A stretch of DNA of 64,000 nt from Ignavibacteria bacterium (GTDB taxonomy: Bacteria; Bacteroidota; Ignavibacteria; Ignavibacteriales; SURF-24): contig JAAXKN010000023.1 in the NCBI GenBank assembly GCA_025612375.1, positions 3,810-67,809 on the forward strand, given 5' to 3'. Each line of letters begins with the position of its first letter. The stretch's first letter is position 1. Both the position numbers and the translations under genes were made by a program. A model generated the notes under the pieces. The model searched no databases. It worked only from the letters and a program-made list of their open reading frames with translations, and was not told the origin of the DNA. Below are positions 54,489 through 64,000 of this stretch, in pieces.

Positions 54489-55634
54489 TCAATACCTAAA
54501 AACAGCTGCCAGAGGCTTTCCATCCGGCATCTTTTCAAACGGCAGCGGATAAACATTCCCACCGTGCAGGAGCGTCTGTACTACGGCAAGCTCCACCAGG
54601 TCCTCCCCTTCTTCAGGCCTTCCTGCCATAGTTACTTCAAAAGACTCAGGATCAACTGTACCCCATACATGCTCATTTGTATTGAAGAAAAGAGAATCCA
54701 CACGGTTGGTAAATGCAGCCTGCAGTATCTCCCAGACCTCATTGCTTGCCTGACTGCCCACGGAATACTGATAGTACTTTGAAAGGGCGTCTTTTCCTTT
54801 CTTTTCGAAGTATGGCTGCATTATTTCAAGCGCATGCTTGTGTATCTCATTCATCCCGAGCTCCCAGGTTCCGCCGGCCACTCCTTCTTCGGCAATATTC
54901 GGATACGAGCTTGCCGACTTAAAAATCGGCAGGAGGTATTCAACTCCCGAAAGAACCATCGGCAGGTTCTCTCCCTTTACGGTATTAAAAATCCCTTTAT
55001 CTGCTCTCTGGAAAAATCTCCTTATGTCCTTTTCCTTTTTGGCGTCATCGGTGCCGTAACCCGGTCCCACATACAAAGATGCGCGGTGAGCACCTCCTTC
55101 AGCTCCCCTGAATTCCCTCTGCTCGCTTTCATCTAACTGAAGCGCATCATCCATATTGGTGACAACATTTTTCAGATCCACCTCCTCGTAGCCGAAAGGA
55201 TTGGCGCGGAAAAGCTTAAGGTTCTTGCGGTCAAGGAACATGATATAAAAAGCGTTTATCTGGCTTAACGCCGGAATGAGCGGCTTAATGAAAAACCTGT
55301 TTGAAATGTTCGACTGCTCATCGATATTAATTGCAAGTCTGTACATATGGCTTTCACCTTTGGCCAGAAAAATGGCCAGTGAATCTTCCTGATGATTCCA
55401 GAAGAATTCATCGTCTACAACGTCTTGTGCCGGAGTCAGAATTTCATTTATGAGGAGGGGATTTACATCTTTTTCCTTCAGCTGGCGGTCAATGTCGCGG
55501 AGCTGGTTCTTCAGGCGAATTGATGCCTGTATAACTTCTGTCCCCCTGCGGCTGGTTGGTATATATATTGAAACGCAGGGCCATTTTCGCTCCTGAGTCA
55601 GCATTTTAAGTTCATCCAGGTTTAACTGATCCAT
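54489..55634 (-). CDS. Bacterial eRF1-like protein (baeRF3-type, 'bacterial archaeo-eukaryotic release factor' family)
   Basis: I moved the start to ATG 55634, which is preceded by GGAGAAGG. The N-terminus LNLDELKMLTQERKWPCVSIYIPTSRRGTEVIQASIRLKNQLRDI matches the ...CVS(I/L)Y(L/I)PT.R...R(L)KN motif I associate with baeRF3 proteins. The length is about 380 aa, and the family call is from memory only. Confidence 0.5.
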   Translation of the reverse strand: MDQLNLDELKMLTQERKWPCVSIYIPTSRRGTEVIQASIRLKNQLRDIDRQLKEKDVNPLLINEILTPAQDVVDDEFFWNHQEDSLAIFLAKGESHMYRLAINIDEQSNISNRFFIKPLIPALSQINAFYIMFLDRKNLKLFRANPFGYEEVDLKNVVTNMDDALQLDESEQREFRGAEGGAHRASLYVGPGYGTDDAKKEKDIRRFFQRADKGIFNTVKGENLPMVLSGVEYLLPIFKSASSYPNIAEEGVAGGTWELGMNEIHKHALEIMQPYFEKKGKDALSKYYQYSVGSQASNEVWEILQAAFTNRVDSLFFNTNEHVWGTVDPESFEVTMAGRPEEGEDLVELAVVQTLLHGGNVYPLPFEKMPDGKPLAAVFRY

Positions 55635-55792
55635 AGTTCCTTCTCCATACTTTTGTTTCAAATTCCCAAAAAATCGAATCAATTCTGATATATATTCAGT
55701 TTATCAAAAGCATGAGACTACTTCAAGGGATAAAGACAGAGGGATATTTGGACAAAAGGCACCTCGGGGGAAAGTCAGATGTTTCTTAAAGC

Positions 55793-56542
55793 CTATAACA
55801 GCCCCGGGCTGAAGGCCGCGCGGTCAATAAGCCAGTAGAGTTCACCATTTTCAGGATGTATACCTGAGGCCGGATAGTCCTCGATGCCTGAGGCGCCCTT
55901 TACTACTTTTGAAAGCGCATCGGCTTTTTCTTTTCCCTGCACCAGGAAGACAACGTTTGATGCGTTGTTGATGATGGGATAGGTAAGCGTTATTCTAAAG
56001 CTCTCCTGCTCTTTTATAAAAACCTCTTTAACCCAGCGCTCCTTTTCACTTAGGACTTCAGTGTGCGGGAAAAGTGAAGCCGTGTGGCCGTCATGCCCCA
56101 TCCCAAGCATCACGAGGTGAAAGCGCGGAGCGCGGCCTGAAAAAAAATCCCTGAGGGTTTTTTCATAACTGAGTGCAGATTCTTCAGGCGTGGAAAGGTA
56201 AGGAATGGGGTGTATATTTTCTTTGGGAACCGGAACCATATCTAGCAGGTTCTTAAATGCCATCCCTGCATTGCTCTTGCTGTCGTTTAGTGGGACGTAA
56301 CGCTCATCGCTCCAGAAAAAGTGTATTTCCTTCCACGGCGTTGTATCCTTAAAGGGATTGGCGGATAATATCTGATACATCCTTTTAGGAGTCGTTCCGC
56401 CTGAGAGTGCAGCGGAGAACATGCCCCATTTCTCAACTGCTTCAAGTGCAAACTGCCTGAAAAGGCCTGCGGCCGCAAGTGCCAGCTCTTCTTCAGAAGG
56501 ATAATCCTGCAGTATGGCTCCATGTCCTGTCTTCTCATCCAT
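55793..56542 (-). CDS. pgl: 6-phosphogluconolactonase
   Basis: The 249-aa protein has ALSGGTTPKRMY, FFWSDERYVP and LGMGHDGHTASLFP motifs. Its ATG follows the gnd stop by 1 nt. Confidence 0.9.
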   Translation of the reverse strand: MDEKTGHGAILQDYPSEEELALAAAGLFRQFALEAVEKWGMFSAALSGGTTPKRMYQILSANPFKDTTPWKEIHFFWSDERYVPLNDSKSNAGMAFKNLLDMVPVPKENIHPIPYLSTPEESALSYEKTLRDFFSGRAPRFHLVMLGMGHDGHTASLFPHTEVLSEKERWVKEVFIKEQESFRITLTYPIINNASNVVFLVQGKEKADALSKVVKGASGIEDYPASGIHPENGELYWLIDRAAFSPGLL

Positions 56543-56543
56543 A

Positions 56544-57989
56544 TCATTTCTCCCCTTTAAGCCATTCTGTGTGGAAAATCCCTTCCTTGTCTATCCTTTC
56601 ATATGTGTGTGCCCCGAAAAAGTCCCTTTGCGCCTGAACAAGGTTTGCCGGAAGCCACTGGCTCCTGTAGCTGTCGAAATATGAAAGCGAAGCCGAAAAG
56701 GCTGGAATGGGTATGCCAAGGGTAACCGCGTTTATAACAACAAAACGGATGTCTTCCTGCATTCTGTTAAGCATGCCTGAAAACTTTCCGGAGGCCATAA
56801 GGCTGTGCATATTTTCTTCTTTGCCGTAAGCCTCAAGTATATCCTGCAGTAAAGATGCCCTTATGATGCAGCCGCCCCTCCAGATTGAGGCCACCTTCTT
56901 CAGGTCAACGCCGTAGGAGTAGCTTTCAGAGGCTTTCTTAAGAAGATCCATCCCCTGGGCGTAGGAAATTATCATGGAAAAGTAAAGCGCGTTTTTAAGC
57001 CTCTGAATAAATTCATCTCTACTTCCCTTATAGCTGTATGCAGGGCCATGAAGCACCTTTGAATATTTAAGCCTTGTATCCCTGTCTGCTGAAAGATCCC
57101 GCATAACTACGGCGGCATCAATTGTGGGCACCGGAACCTGAATATCCATTGCGTCCTGGGAAGTCCACTTGCCTGTCCCCTTCTGCCGCGCGCGGTCAAG
57201 TATAAGGTCTATGAGCCTCCGCCTGTTTTTATCCCCTGTTTTTCCTCTACCCTCCTGCTCCATCTCCTCCATTCTGAAGATCCTGCCTGTAATCTCTATA
57301 AGGAATGAATGGAGCTCTTCTTTATCCCACTTTTCAAACGTGCCGGCCAGTTCATCGTTACTTAGCCCTAGAGAGGTCTTCATCAGGTGATAGGATTCGG
57401 AGATGAGCTGAATTAAGGCATACTCAATTCCGTTATGCACCATTTTTACGTAATGCCCGGCGGAGCCGCGCCCCATATAGGCAACACAGGGCTCATTGTC
57501 AGCCTTGGCTGCAACGGCTTCAAAAATATTTTTCAGGCGGCTGTATGCCTCAGGGCTTCCCCCAGGCATCATGCTGGGCCCGAGCCTGGCGCCCTGTTCG
57601 CCTCCTGAAATCCCAACGCCCATAAAATGAATACCTCTTCCTTCAAGATCCTTTATGCGGCGCTCCGTATCGGTGTAATGCGAGTTCCCGCCGTCAATTA
57701 TTATGTCCCCTTTTTCCATATAAGGCAGCGCCTCTTCAATTATTGCATCCACTGCCGCGCCCGCGGGCACCAGCATCATGAATGCACGGGGCTTTTTCAG
57801 CATCCCGAAAAACTCTTCCAGAGACTTTGCGGCAAGAATTTTTCTGTCCTTTGCTTCTTTTTCTAGCAGTTTAAGCTTATTGAAATCCTTGTCGTAACCC
57901 ACTGCCGAAAATCCCTTATCCCCAATATTCAGTACCAGGTTGCGCCCCATGGTTCCAAGGCCTATCATTCCAATGTCACACTGCTGCAT
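56544..57989 (-). CDS. gnd: 6-phosphogluconate dehydrogenase (decarboxylating)
   Basis: I set the start at ATG 57989 (MQQCDIGMIGLGTMGRNL), which is preceded by AAGGAGA. The product has GGNSHY, GVGISGGEQGAR and HYVKMVHNGIEYA, and ends with AQRDFFGAHTYER. Confidence 0.95.
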   Translation of the reverse strand: MQQCDIGMIGLGTMGRNLVLNIGDKGFSAVGYDKDFNKLKLLEKEAKDRKILAAKSLEEFFGMLKKPRAFMMLVPAGAAVDAIIEEALPYMEKGDIIIDGGNSHYTDTERRIKDLEGRGIHFMGVGISGGEQGARLGPSMMPGGSPEAYSRLKNIFEAVAAKADNEPCVAYMGRGSAGHYVKMVHNGIEYALIQLISESYHLMKTSLGLSNDELAGTFEKWDKEELHSFLIEITGRIFRMEEMEQEGRGKTGDKNRRRLIDLILDRARQKGTGKWTSQDAMDIQVPVPTIDAAVVMRDLSADRDTRLKYSKVLHGPAYSYKGSRDEFIQRLKNALYFSMIISYAQGMDLLKKASESYSYGVDLKKVASIWRGGCIIRASLLQDILEAYGKEENMHSLMASGKFSGMLNRMQEDIRFVVINAVTLGIPIPAFSASLSYFDSYRSQWLPANLVQAQRDFFGAHTYERIDKEGIFHTEWLKGEK

Positions 57990-58072
57990 ATAAAATTCTC
58001 CTTCTTCCGGTGCAATTAGCTGCATAAATACTATAATAAACTAATTCCGTCATTTATCAATGAAGAAAAGCT

Positions 58073-59944
58073 TTAGAACTGAACTACAGATGGAGCCGAG
58101 ATCTGGAACTGATTGAAATGATAGAACATCGACTGCTGGCGGAAGACTTCAAAACGGTTGCCGCCGCGCTCGCCGTCGTTAGGGTAATATCCGAACATGA
58201 GCTGAAAGGTCGGGAATATAAGGTGCTCGTTCCTTATTCTGAAGCCTACTCCGTAACCCTGGTAAAGTTTGCTGCTGAAGAGGAGCTCATCTTTGCCCGA
58301 AAGAAGTGCAAAGTCGGCAAATGTAATAAATGCGAGCTTAAAGTTTAAGAGTTTGAGCGGTACAAAAATATCGTTCTCATAGTTTATAACCAGCTTTTTA
58401 TTTCCCGTGGCTTCGGTCGCAAAACCCCTTAGGCCCATATCCCCGTTGACGTTCAAAAGGTCCTCTGCAAAAACGGGATTATAGCTGTATGAATACCTGG
58501 TGCCCAGGTAATGCCGCCACTTAAACTTGCCGAATGGCAGAAGCTTTGAGTAAAAAAGGGATTCCAGCACCAAAACGCCGTTTGTCCATTCTTTATTCTG
58601 ACGGTAGCCTCCCAGCTGAAGACCCCCGTAAAGATAGCCGAAATCGTCACTGTAATTGCTGTAGCCCGTCTTAAAGCCCAGATAAGGCCTGTTGATGTGC
58701 TCCCCTTTTTCATATCCCGTAAGTATCTCGGCCAGGCTTCCAAGCGGTATGTCTTCAATTTTCCCGAGTCCGAAAAGATACCTGTCGCGGTAATATGTCC
58801 TGTAGGAATAGCCCAGCCTCCCTAAGTAAAAAGTATTGTTCTGAAATAGCCCCAGGGCATCGGCCTGAGGACGCTCGGTATATTTCGTGCGCGTTACACG
58901 CATAGACACATTAAGCCTGTTGAAATTGACGCTGTAAGGATCAAAAGCCTTGAAGTCAAATGCATAGCCCAGCCAGTAGTCCTGCCTGTTATACCTGACG
59001 TCCCTTCTCCTCTGGAGCGTATCATTCAGTACGGCAACCTTGTCATTCGACCACTGCATCCCGAGCCCACCGGCATAACGCGTAACGGGTGAGAAGAAAT
59101 CCCTGTTGAAGTTAAACCCGTAGCTCTCATTGTTGTCCTCGGAAATATGAAACAATTTGGCGGAAATATACGTCCTGTTGATGTTGCTGAAAGTATAGCT
59201 GCCGCTCCAGTCCCAGCCTCCCGGGTAGGCGTTATCAAACTTTATGGCTCCGGTGATCTCGTTGCCGAAGCCGAGGAAGTTGATATCCTTAAAAGAAACC
59301 TTGCCGGTTTTGTCATTCGGCTGGTAGGAGGCGCCTCCGGTAATACTCCAGACGTCCTGCACCAGGACGAGTACATCCACGCTGTCGCCTGCTTTTCTTA
59401 CCCTGTGCACAAGAATCTTGGCGTCATAAATAAAATCATTCTGCCTTAAAAGACGTTCGCTTTCAGCCAGCTCAAAAGGCACAAGGCGGCTGCCTTCTGA
59501 AAACAAAAGCCGGTTCTTGATGAGCCATGCGCGTGTATTAAGGTGGACTGAGTTTCCTGCCTGCTGAAGCCAGCTTTCGGCCGAGTCCTCAGGATGGTCT
59601 ACCGAAGTGCCGAAGACTTCAAGGACCTGTACGTCTATGTTTCTTATTATTTTACCCGAATACTGCCTGTAAAGAGCACCCGTGGAGTTCCGGCTCCTCG
59701 GGTCTTCTTCCTCGGCAACCAGCACATGCTTTAAGAGCCTTGAAAAGAAATTATCTTTTTCAGAAAAACCCTTTACAGACTCTATGACGTCTTTATTATT
59801 TATGCTGGATATCGTAATGGAATCCCTGATTAGGTCCTCAGCCCTTATGGTGTCGGACTTTGCCGGGGAAGCATTTGCAGTTTCTAAAAACGCGAAAAGC
59901 ACAAATGCAAAACATAATAATTTATGGAAAAGGATATTGCTCAT
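58073..59944 (-). CDS. Large outer-membrane beta-barrel protein (Omp85/BamA-like architecture suspected)
   Basis: The 623-aa protein has the signal peptide LLCFAFVLFAFLETANA. A roughly 200-aa N-terminal soluble region has POTRA-like alternation. The long Gly/Tyr/Phe-rich barrel ends APSVVQF. The family call is tentative. Confidence 0.45.
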   Translation of the reverse strand: MSNILFHKLLCFAFVLFAFLETANASPAKSDTIRAEDLIRDSITISSINNKDVIESVKGFSEKDNFFSRLLKHVLVAEEEDPRSRNSTGALYRQYSGKIIRNIDVQVLEVFGTSVDHPEDSAESWLQQAGNSVHLNTRAWLIKNRLLFSEGSRLVPFELAESERLLRQNDFIYDAKILVHRVRKAGDSVDVLVLVQDVWSITGGASYQPNDKTGKVSFKDINFLGFGNEITGAIKFDNAYPGGWDWSGSYTFSNINRTYISAKLFHISEDNNESYGFNFNRDFFSPVTRYAGGLGMQWSNDKVAVLNDTLQRRRDVRYNRQDYWLGYAFDFKAFDPYSVNFNRLNVSMRVTRTKYTERPQADALGLFQNNTFYLGRLGYSYRTYYRDRYLFGLGKIEDIPLGSLAEILTGYEKGEHINRPYLGFKTGYSNYSDDFGYLYGGLQLGGYRQNKEWTNGVLVLESLFYSKLLPFGKFKWRHYLGTRYSYSYNPVFAEDLLNVNGDMGLRGFATEATGNKKLVINYENDIFVPLKLLNFKLAFITFADFALLSGKDELLFSSKLYQGYGVGFRIRNEHLIFPTFQLMFGYYPNDGERGGNRFEVFRQQSMFYHFNQFQISAPSVVQF

Positions 59945-60100
59945 TTTATGGAACAGCCGGATGTTTTAACAAAAAGTCCGGGGATAATTCATTAAATCTT
60001 TTGATTTACATATTTTGCAGAAGAAAATCCGGGGTAAGGAATTTTCAGTTTGCTTAAAATTAAATTAAGCATTTTTGAGTAATGAAATCTATGGCAAAAC

Positions 60101-61546
60101 TTATATCATTGCCTTTATTTTGTAGACGTCCTTTAAGGCTGTCCTGGCCGCGTAGTATCCGCACATCCCGTGCACCCCGCCTCCCGGCGGCGTTGAAGAA
60201 GAACAGATATAAACTCCCTTAATCGGAGTCCTGTAGGGCGTAAGACTGAGCGTGGGACGCGTAAAGAGCTGCCGCCAGTTCTGAACCCCGCCATTTATGT
60301 CGCCTCCCACGTAATTGTTGTTATAAGCCTCAAAATTATGGGAGTTCATTTTGTGTGAAGAAAGTATGGTACCCCTGAATCCCGGGGCAAAACGCTCTAT
60401 TTGCGATATGATCCGCTCCGACATATCGGTGTCTGAGTCATTAGGAACGTGGCAGTAAGCCCAGACAGTATGATTCCCTTTGGGCGCCCTCGTTGAATCA
60501 AAAAGGCTTTGCTGCGCCAGTATTACAAAAGGCCTTTCCGGGTGCCTGCCCTGCCAGACTTCCTGTTCTGAGTGCGCAATTTCTTCCATTGTGCCTCCAA
60601 GATGCACTACTGCTGAAAGTGTGCATTCAGGAGACTTAAACGGGATCGGGCTTTTTACGGCAAAATCCATCTTAAATACGCCGGGGCCGTAGCGGTAACG
60701 CTCAAGCTGGCGCCTGTAGCCCTTGGGCAGTCTTTCACCTGCAATTGCAAGTATCTGTTTCGGGGTAAGGTCAAATAAAACTATGTCTGAATGCGGCAGC
60801 TCGTCAAGACTATTTATCTTTGTACTAAGAAGAAATTCCCCGCCGAGGGATTTTATATAGGATTGAAGCGCAAGCGCAATGCTTTGCGAGCCCCCTTCAG
60901 GCATGGGCCAGCCCGCCGAATGGCCCAGTATCCCAAGCACCAGGGCGAAGGCTGCCGTAATTGGCTCCTCAAGGGGCACTATTGAATGGGCGGCAAGCCC
61001 TGCAAAAAAGCCCCTTGTAAGGGGTGAGTTAAATTTTCTCTTAGAGAACTTGGCGGCAGACTGTATGGCTGAAAGCCCGAACCTGAGAAGAGCCAAGGGA
61101 TGCCTCGGGATGTGAAAAGGCGCCAGGATCTCCGGAAGTATGAGCTCCCACCTTGAAAGGAGGGGCTCAATAAGACGCCTGTATCTTTCAGAGTCCTCGC
61201 GGAGTGTTTTGGCCGTCTCAACTACAGAATTCGTAAGCAGCGCCGCCTGCCCGTTGTCCAGCGGATGGCTTAATGCTGCCGGGGCATAGATCCATTTAAG
61301 CCCGTGCTGGGCTAAAGGGAGGCTTCTGAAAAACGGGGATGCAATTCCAAGTGGATGAATGGCTGAACAGATGTCGTGCTGAAATCCGGGAAGCGTTAGC
61401 TCCCCGGTTCTCATCCCTCCGCCAATGGTCTCTTTGGCCTCAATTACCAGAACGCGCTTTTTTGCCCTAAGGAGTGTAATTGCCGCGGCAAGGCCGTTTG
61501 GCCCCGAGCCTACAATAACCGCATCATACCCGTTTTTCTCCGGCAT
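60101..61546 (-). CDS. FAD/NAD(P)-dependent oxidoreductase of the phytoene-desaturase (CrtI-like) family
   Basis: The 481-aa protein has the N-terminal dinucleotide fold YDAVIVGSGPNGLAAAITLLRAKKRVLVIEAKETIGGG and a C-terminal GVYICSSSTPPGGGVHG motif. An SD AGGGAGAA lies upstream, 41 nt after the norB stop. Confidence 0.75.
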   Translation of the reverse strand: MPEKNGYDAVIVGSGPNGLAAAITLLRAKKRVLVIEAKETIGGGMRTGELTLPGFQHDICSAIHPLGIASPFFRSLPLAQHGLKWIYAPAALSHPLDNGQAALLTNSVVETAKTLREDSERYRRLIEPLLSRWELILPEILAPFHIPRHPLALLRFGLSAIQSAAKFSKRKFNSPLTRGFFAGLAAHSIVPLEEPITAAFALVLGILGHSAGWPMPEGGSQSIALALQSYIKSLGGEFLLSTKINSLDELPHSDIVLFDLTPKQILAIAGERLPKGYRRQLERYRYGPGVFKMDFAVKSPIPFKSPECTLSAVVHLGGTMEEIAHSEQEVWQGRHPERPFVILAQQSLFDSTRAPKGNHTVWAYCHVPNDSDTDMSERIISQIERFAPGFRGTILSSHKMNSHNFEAYNNNYVGGDINGGVQNWRQLFTRPTLSLTPYRTPIKGVYICSSSTPPGGGVHGMCGYYAARTALKDVYKIKAMI

Positions 61547-61587
61547 CTATTCTCCCTGCAATTCAGCACTGATAATTCATAAAATCT

Positions 61588-63906
61588 TTACTTTAACGAT
61601 GCAGGCTCGGTTCCTTTTGGCGCACCTTCGGGAAATTCTTTTCCTACGGCATCGACTTCCTTTGTTATCGACCAGCCGGTCTTAAGGCCCAGCACAAAAT
61701 AGCCCAGGGCCAGTATGCCGAAGGCAAAAATTGTGTCACCAATTACCCTCAGCCATCTAAGTGTGTCCAGAAGAGGAGTTTTTGTGAAATCTGCCGATCT
61801 GGCATACCACATTCCATGCTCAACGCTTGCCCAGGTCTGTATGAGCCCTAAAGGAAGCATGCTGATAAGTACCATGAGTGCAAGCCCTATGTTAATTGCC
61901 CAGAAAGCAAATGCAACGGCCTTTGTCTTCCAGACGTAATGAACCGTAAGCCCTTTCAGGCAGAAGAGCATAAAACCTATGCCCAGCATCCCGTAAACTC
62001 CGAAGAGTGCCGTATGGCCGTGCACGGGTGTGGTCTGAAGCCCCTGCATGTAGTATAATGCTACCGGGGGATTTATAAGAAATCCGAACAGCCCTGCCCC
62101 TACAAGATTCCAGAACGCTACGGCAACAAAACAGTAAATCGGCCATTTGTATGCCTGAACCCACTTCTTTGCACGGCTTAATGTCAGGTTTTCATATCCT
62201 TCAAAACCTATAAGAACAAGGGGCACTACTTCAAGTGCGCTGAAAGTTGCGCCGAATGCCATTACGGCAGTCGGGGTCCCTGTAAAATACAGGTGATGGA
62301 ATGTTCCTACAATTCCGCCCGAGAGGAATATGATGGTGGAAAACAAAACGGCCGAGGTTGCACTGGCTACCTTCAAAAGCCCCATCCTTGTAAAAAGGAA
62401 CGCTATTGCTACTGTTGCAAATACCTCAAAGAACCCTTCCACCCAGAGGTGTACAACCCACCACCTCCAGTATTCGGCTATTGCAAGGTTAGTCTGACGC
62501 CCCCACATTATTCCAGAGGCATAGAAAATTGCAATTGCAATGCTTGCAATCAGGAAAAGGCCTAAAAGGTGCTTGCTTTCTGTAGGACTCTTAAAGGCAG
62601 GCATCATTGCACGCCCCATCAAAAAAAGCCAGAGGAAAAGCCCAATAAGGAGAAAAAGCTGCCAGAAGCGCCCAAGATCCACATATTCATAGCCCTGATG
62701 GCCGAACCAGAAATTAACCTCAAGCCCCAGCCTCTGCATTACTCCCATCCACTGCCCTGCCATTGAACCGAGCACAATTACAAGAAGACAGATGAAAAGG
62801 AAATTTACTCCCGCTCTCTGCAGTTTTGGCTCATAGCCCGAGACTGCAGGTGCAATGAAAAGCCCCGTAGCCAGCCATGCCGTTGCAATCCAAAAAATGC
62901 CGAGCTGTGTGTGCCATGTTCTGGTTACAGAATACGGTAGCCACTTTGCAAGAGGTATGCCGTAAAGCCCGTTGCCTTCAACGCCGTAGTGCGCTGTTAC
63001 AACTCCCAGTATTACCTGAAGAACAATTAAGGCGGCAACAACCCAGAAGTATTTAAGCGTTGCCCTCATTGAGGCTGTGGGCTTAAGTGCCAATAGCGGA
63101 TCCCACTCAGGCATCACATGCTCTTCTTCTGTCTTTCTCCTCTGAACTGCATAATACCACGCCAGTGCCCCGATGCCGGCAAGAAGAAGCACAAAGCTGA
63201 TGACAGACCATATTACTACCTGCCCTGTGGGCTGATTCCCTACCAGCGGTTCAGAAGGCCAGTTGTTTGTATAGCTTACATCCTGATCCGGGCGGTTTGT
63301 AACGCATGCCCATGAAGCCCAGAAGAAAAATGTATTCATTTTTCGCTGTCTTTCGGGGTCTTTGATTGTGTTTTCAGCTATGGCGTAGTCACGCCTGAGC
63401 TCGTCAAGTTTCGGATCATTACCGAACAGTGATGCATAATACGCACTTATGTCGCTTATTGCATGGGCCCGGTTTTCAGAAATTGTTAAATCCCCCGTCT
63501 TCGGATCATATGTGTTTTTCCTCAGCTCCTGCCTGAGCGTCTCCTGAAGGGCGGCTTTCTTCGGGTTGTCCAGCTTGTCGTATGTGGTGCCGTTTGAATT
63601 CATAGCGTAGCTGTTTAACATCCACATGGCTTCCCTGTGCAGCCAGTCTGCCGTCCAGTCGGGTGCCACGTAGCTTCCGTGCCCCCAGACTGTGCCGAGC
63701 TCCTGCCCTCCAATTGACTGCCAGACGTTCTGCCCGTCCTTTATGTCCTGCCCTGTAAAGAGTACCCTTCCGGTTGATGTTACAACCCGCTGAGGTATTG
63801 GGGGAGCCTGCTGGTAAATTTCCACGCCGTAGTATCCCAGAATGAGAAAAGAAAAAATGATTACGGCTCCAAGCCCTATCCATAATCCTTTATAATTATG
63901 CCTCAT
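61588..63906 (-). CDS. norB: Quinol-dependent nitric-oxide reductase (qNOR, NorB/NorZ large fused form)
   Basis: The 772-aa protein has an N-terminal TM helix plus a periplasmic extension (GQDIKDGQNVWQSIGGQELGTVWGHGSYVAPDWTADWLHRE). The heme-copper-oxidase-like core follows, with conserved His residues (WWVVHLWVEGFFE, HHLYF, HGHTALFGVYG). Confidence 0.9.
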   Translation of the reverse strand: MRHNYKGLWIGLGAVIIFSFLILGYYGVEIYQQAPPIPQRVVTSTGRVLFTGQDIKDGQNVWQSIGGQELGTVWGHGSYVAPDWTADWLHREAMWMLNSYAMNSNGTTYDKLDNPKKAALQETLRQELRKNTYDPKTGDLTISENRAHAISDISAYYASLFGNDPKLDELRRDYAIAENTIKDPERQRKMNTFFFWASWACVTNRPDQDVSYTNNWPSEPLVGNQPTGQVVIWSVISFVLLLAGIGALAWYYAVQRRKTEEEHVMPEWDPLLALKPTASMRATLKYFWVVAALIVLQVILGVVTAHYGVEGNGLYGIPLAKWLPYSVTRTWHTQLGIFWIATAWLATGLFIAPAVSGYEPKLQRAGVNFLFICLLVIVLGSMAGQWMGVMQRLGLEVNFWFGHQGYEYVDLGRFWQLFLLIGLFLWLFLMGRAMMPAFKSPTESKHLLGLFLIASIAIAIFYASGIMWGRQTNLAIAEYWRWWVVHLWVEGFFEVFATVAIAFLFTRMGLLKVASATSAVLFSTIIFLSGGIVGTFHHLYFTGTPTAVMAFGATFSALEVVPLVLIGFEGYENLTLSRAKKWVQAYKWPIYCFVAVAFWNLVGAGLFGFLINPPVALYYMQGLQTTPVHGHTALFGVYGMLGIGFMLFCLKGLTVHYVWKTKAVAFAFWAINIGLALMVLISMLPLGLIQTWASVEHGMWYARSADFTKTPLLDTLRWLRVIGDTIFAFGILALGYFVLGLKTGWSITKEVDAVGKEFPEGAPKGTEPASLK

Positions 63907-64000
63907 AATGTTCTCTCTTTCCCTGCTGATTTGTTCATATTACCCATCTCATTTGCCTGGGTTTCACGCCCGGGACTTACACTTGCTGCAAGCCGGAATT

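Overview
This is a dense 64-kb chromosomal segment with about 60 protein genes. I found no rRNA, tRNA, CRISPR array, transposase or integrase. Gene content suggests an FCB-superphylum-like bacterium (Ignavibacteria/Bacteroidota type). The supporting genes are a CBM9/DUF5916 protein, two CarboxypepD_reg TonB-dependent receptors each paired with a DUF4249 lipoprotein, an RRM RNA-binding protein and several small OM beta-barrels. This placement is inference only.

Most of the window is housekeeping:
- radA, miaA, pdxH, nudC, ybaK, gnd-pgl, and treZ plus a glycogen-debranching enzyme.
- A complete 13-gene E. coli-type nuoA-N operon with fused nuoCD (30726-45426).
- A quinol-type nitric-oxide reductase at the right edge.

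I could not identify a clear-cut multi-gene defence island or any other obviously new system. The regions I consider most worth a second look are:
1. A self-contained three-gene operon of pilin-like proteins that lack canonical prepilin leaders (1894-4244).
2. An ECF sigma / soluble RsrA-like ZAS anti-sigma / FmdB zinc-ribbon / rhodanese-lipoprotein operon (25271-26769).
3. Two divergently oriented paralogous TonB-receptor + DUF4249 modules (45498-52630). They are separated by an 840-bp spacer holding a GC-rich core with a terminator-like hairpin and a 19/24 imperfect inverted repeat.
4. A stand-alone eRF1-like (baeRF3-type) protein (54489-55634).
5. A 566-aa membrane protein with about 91-aa internal repeats next to a GlsB/YmgE stress protein.
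6. A MazEF-like toxin-antitoxin pair with a readable promoter and operator.

All product calls come from motif and pattern recognition by eye; no database search was run. Several ORF-track starts were moved to downstream start codons that have a Shine-Dalgarno sequence.
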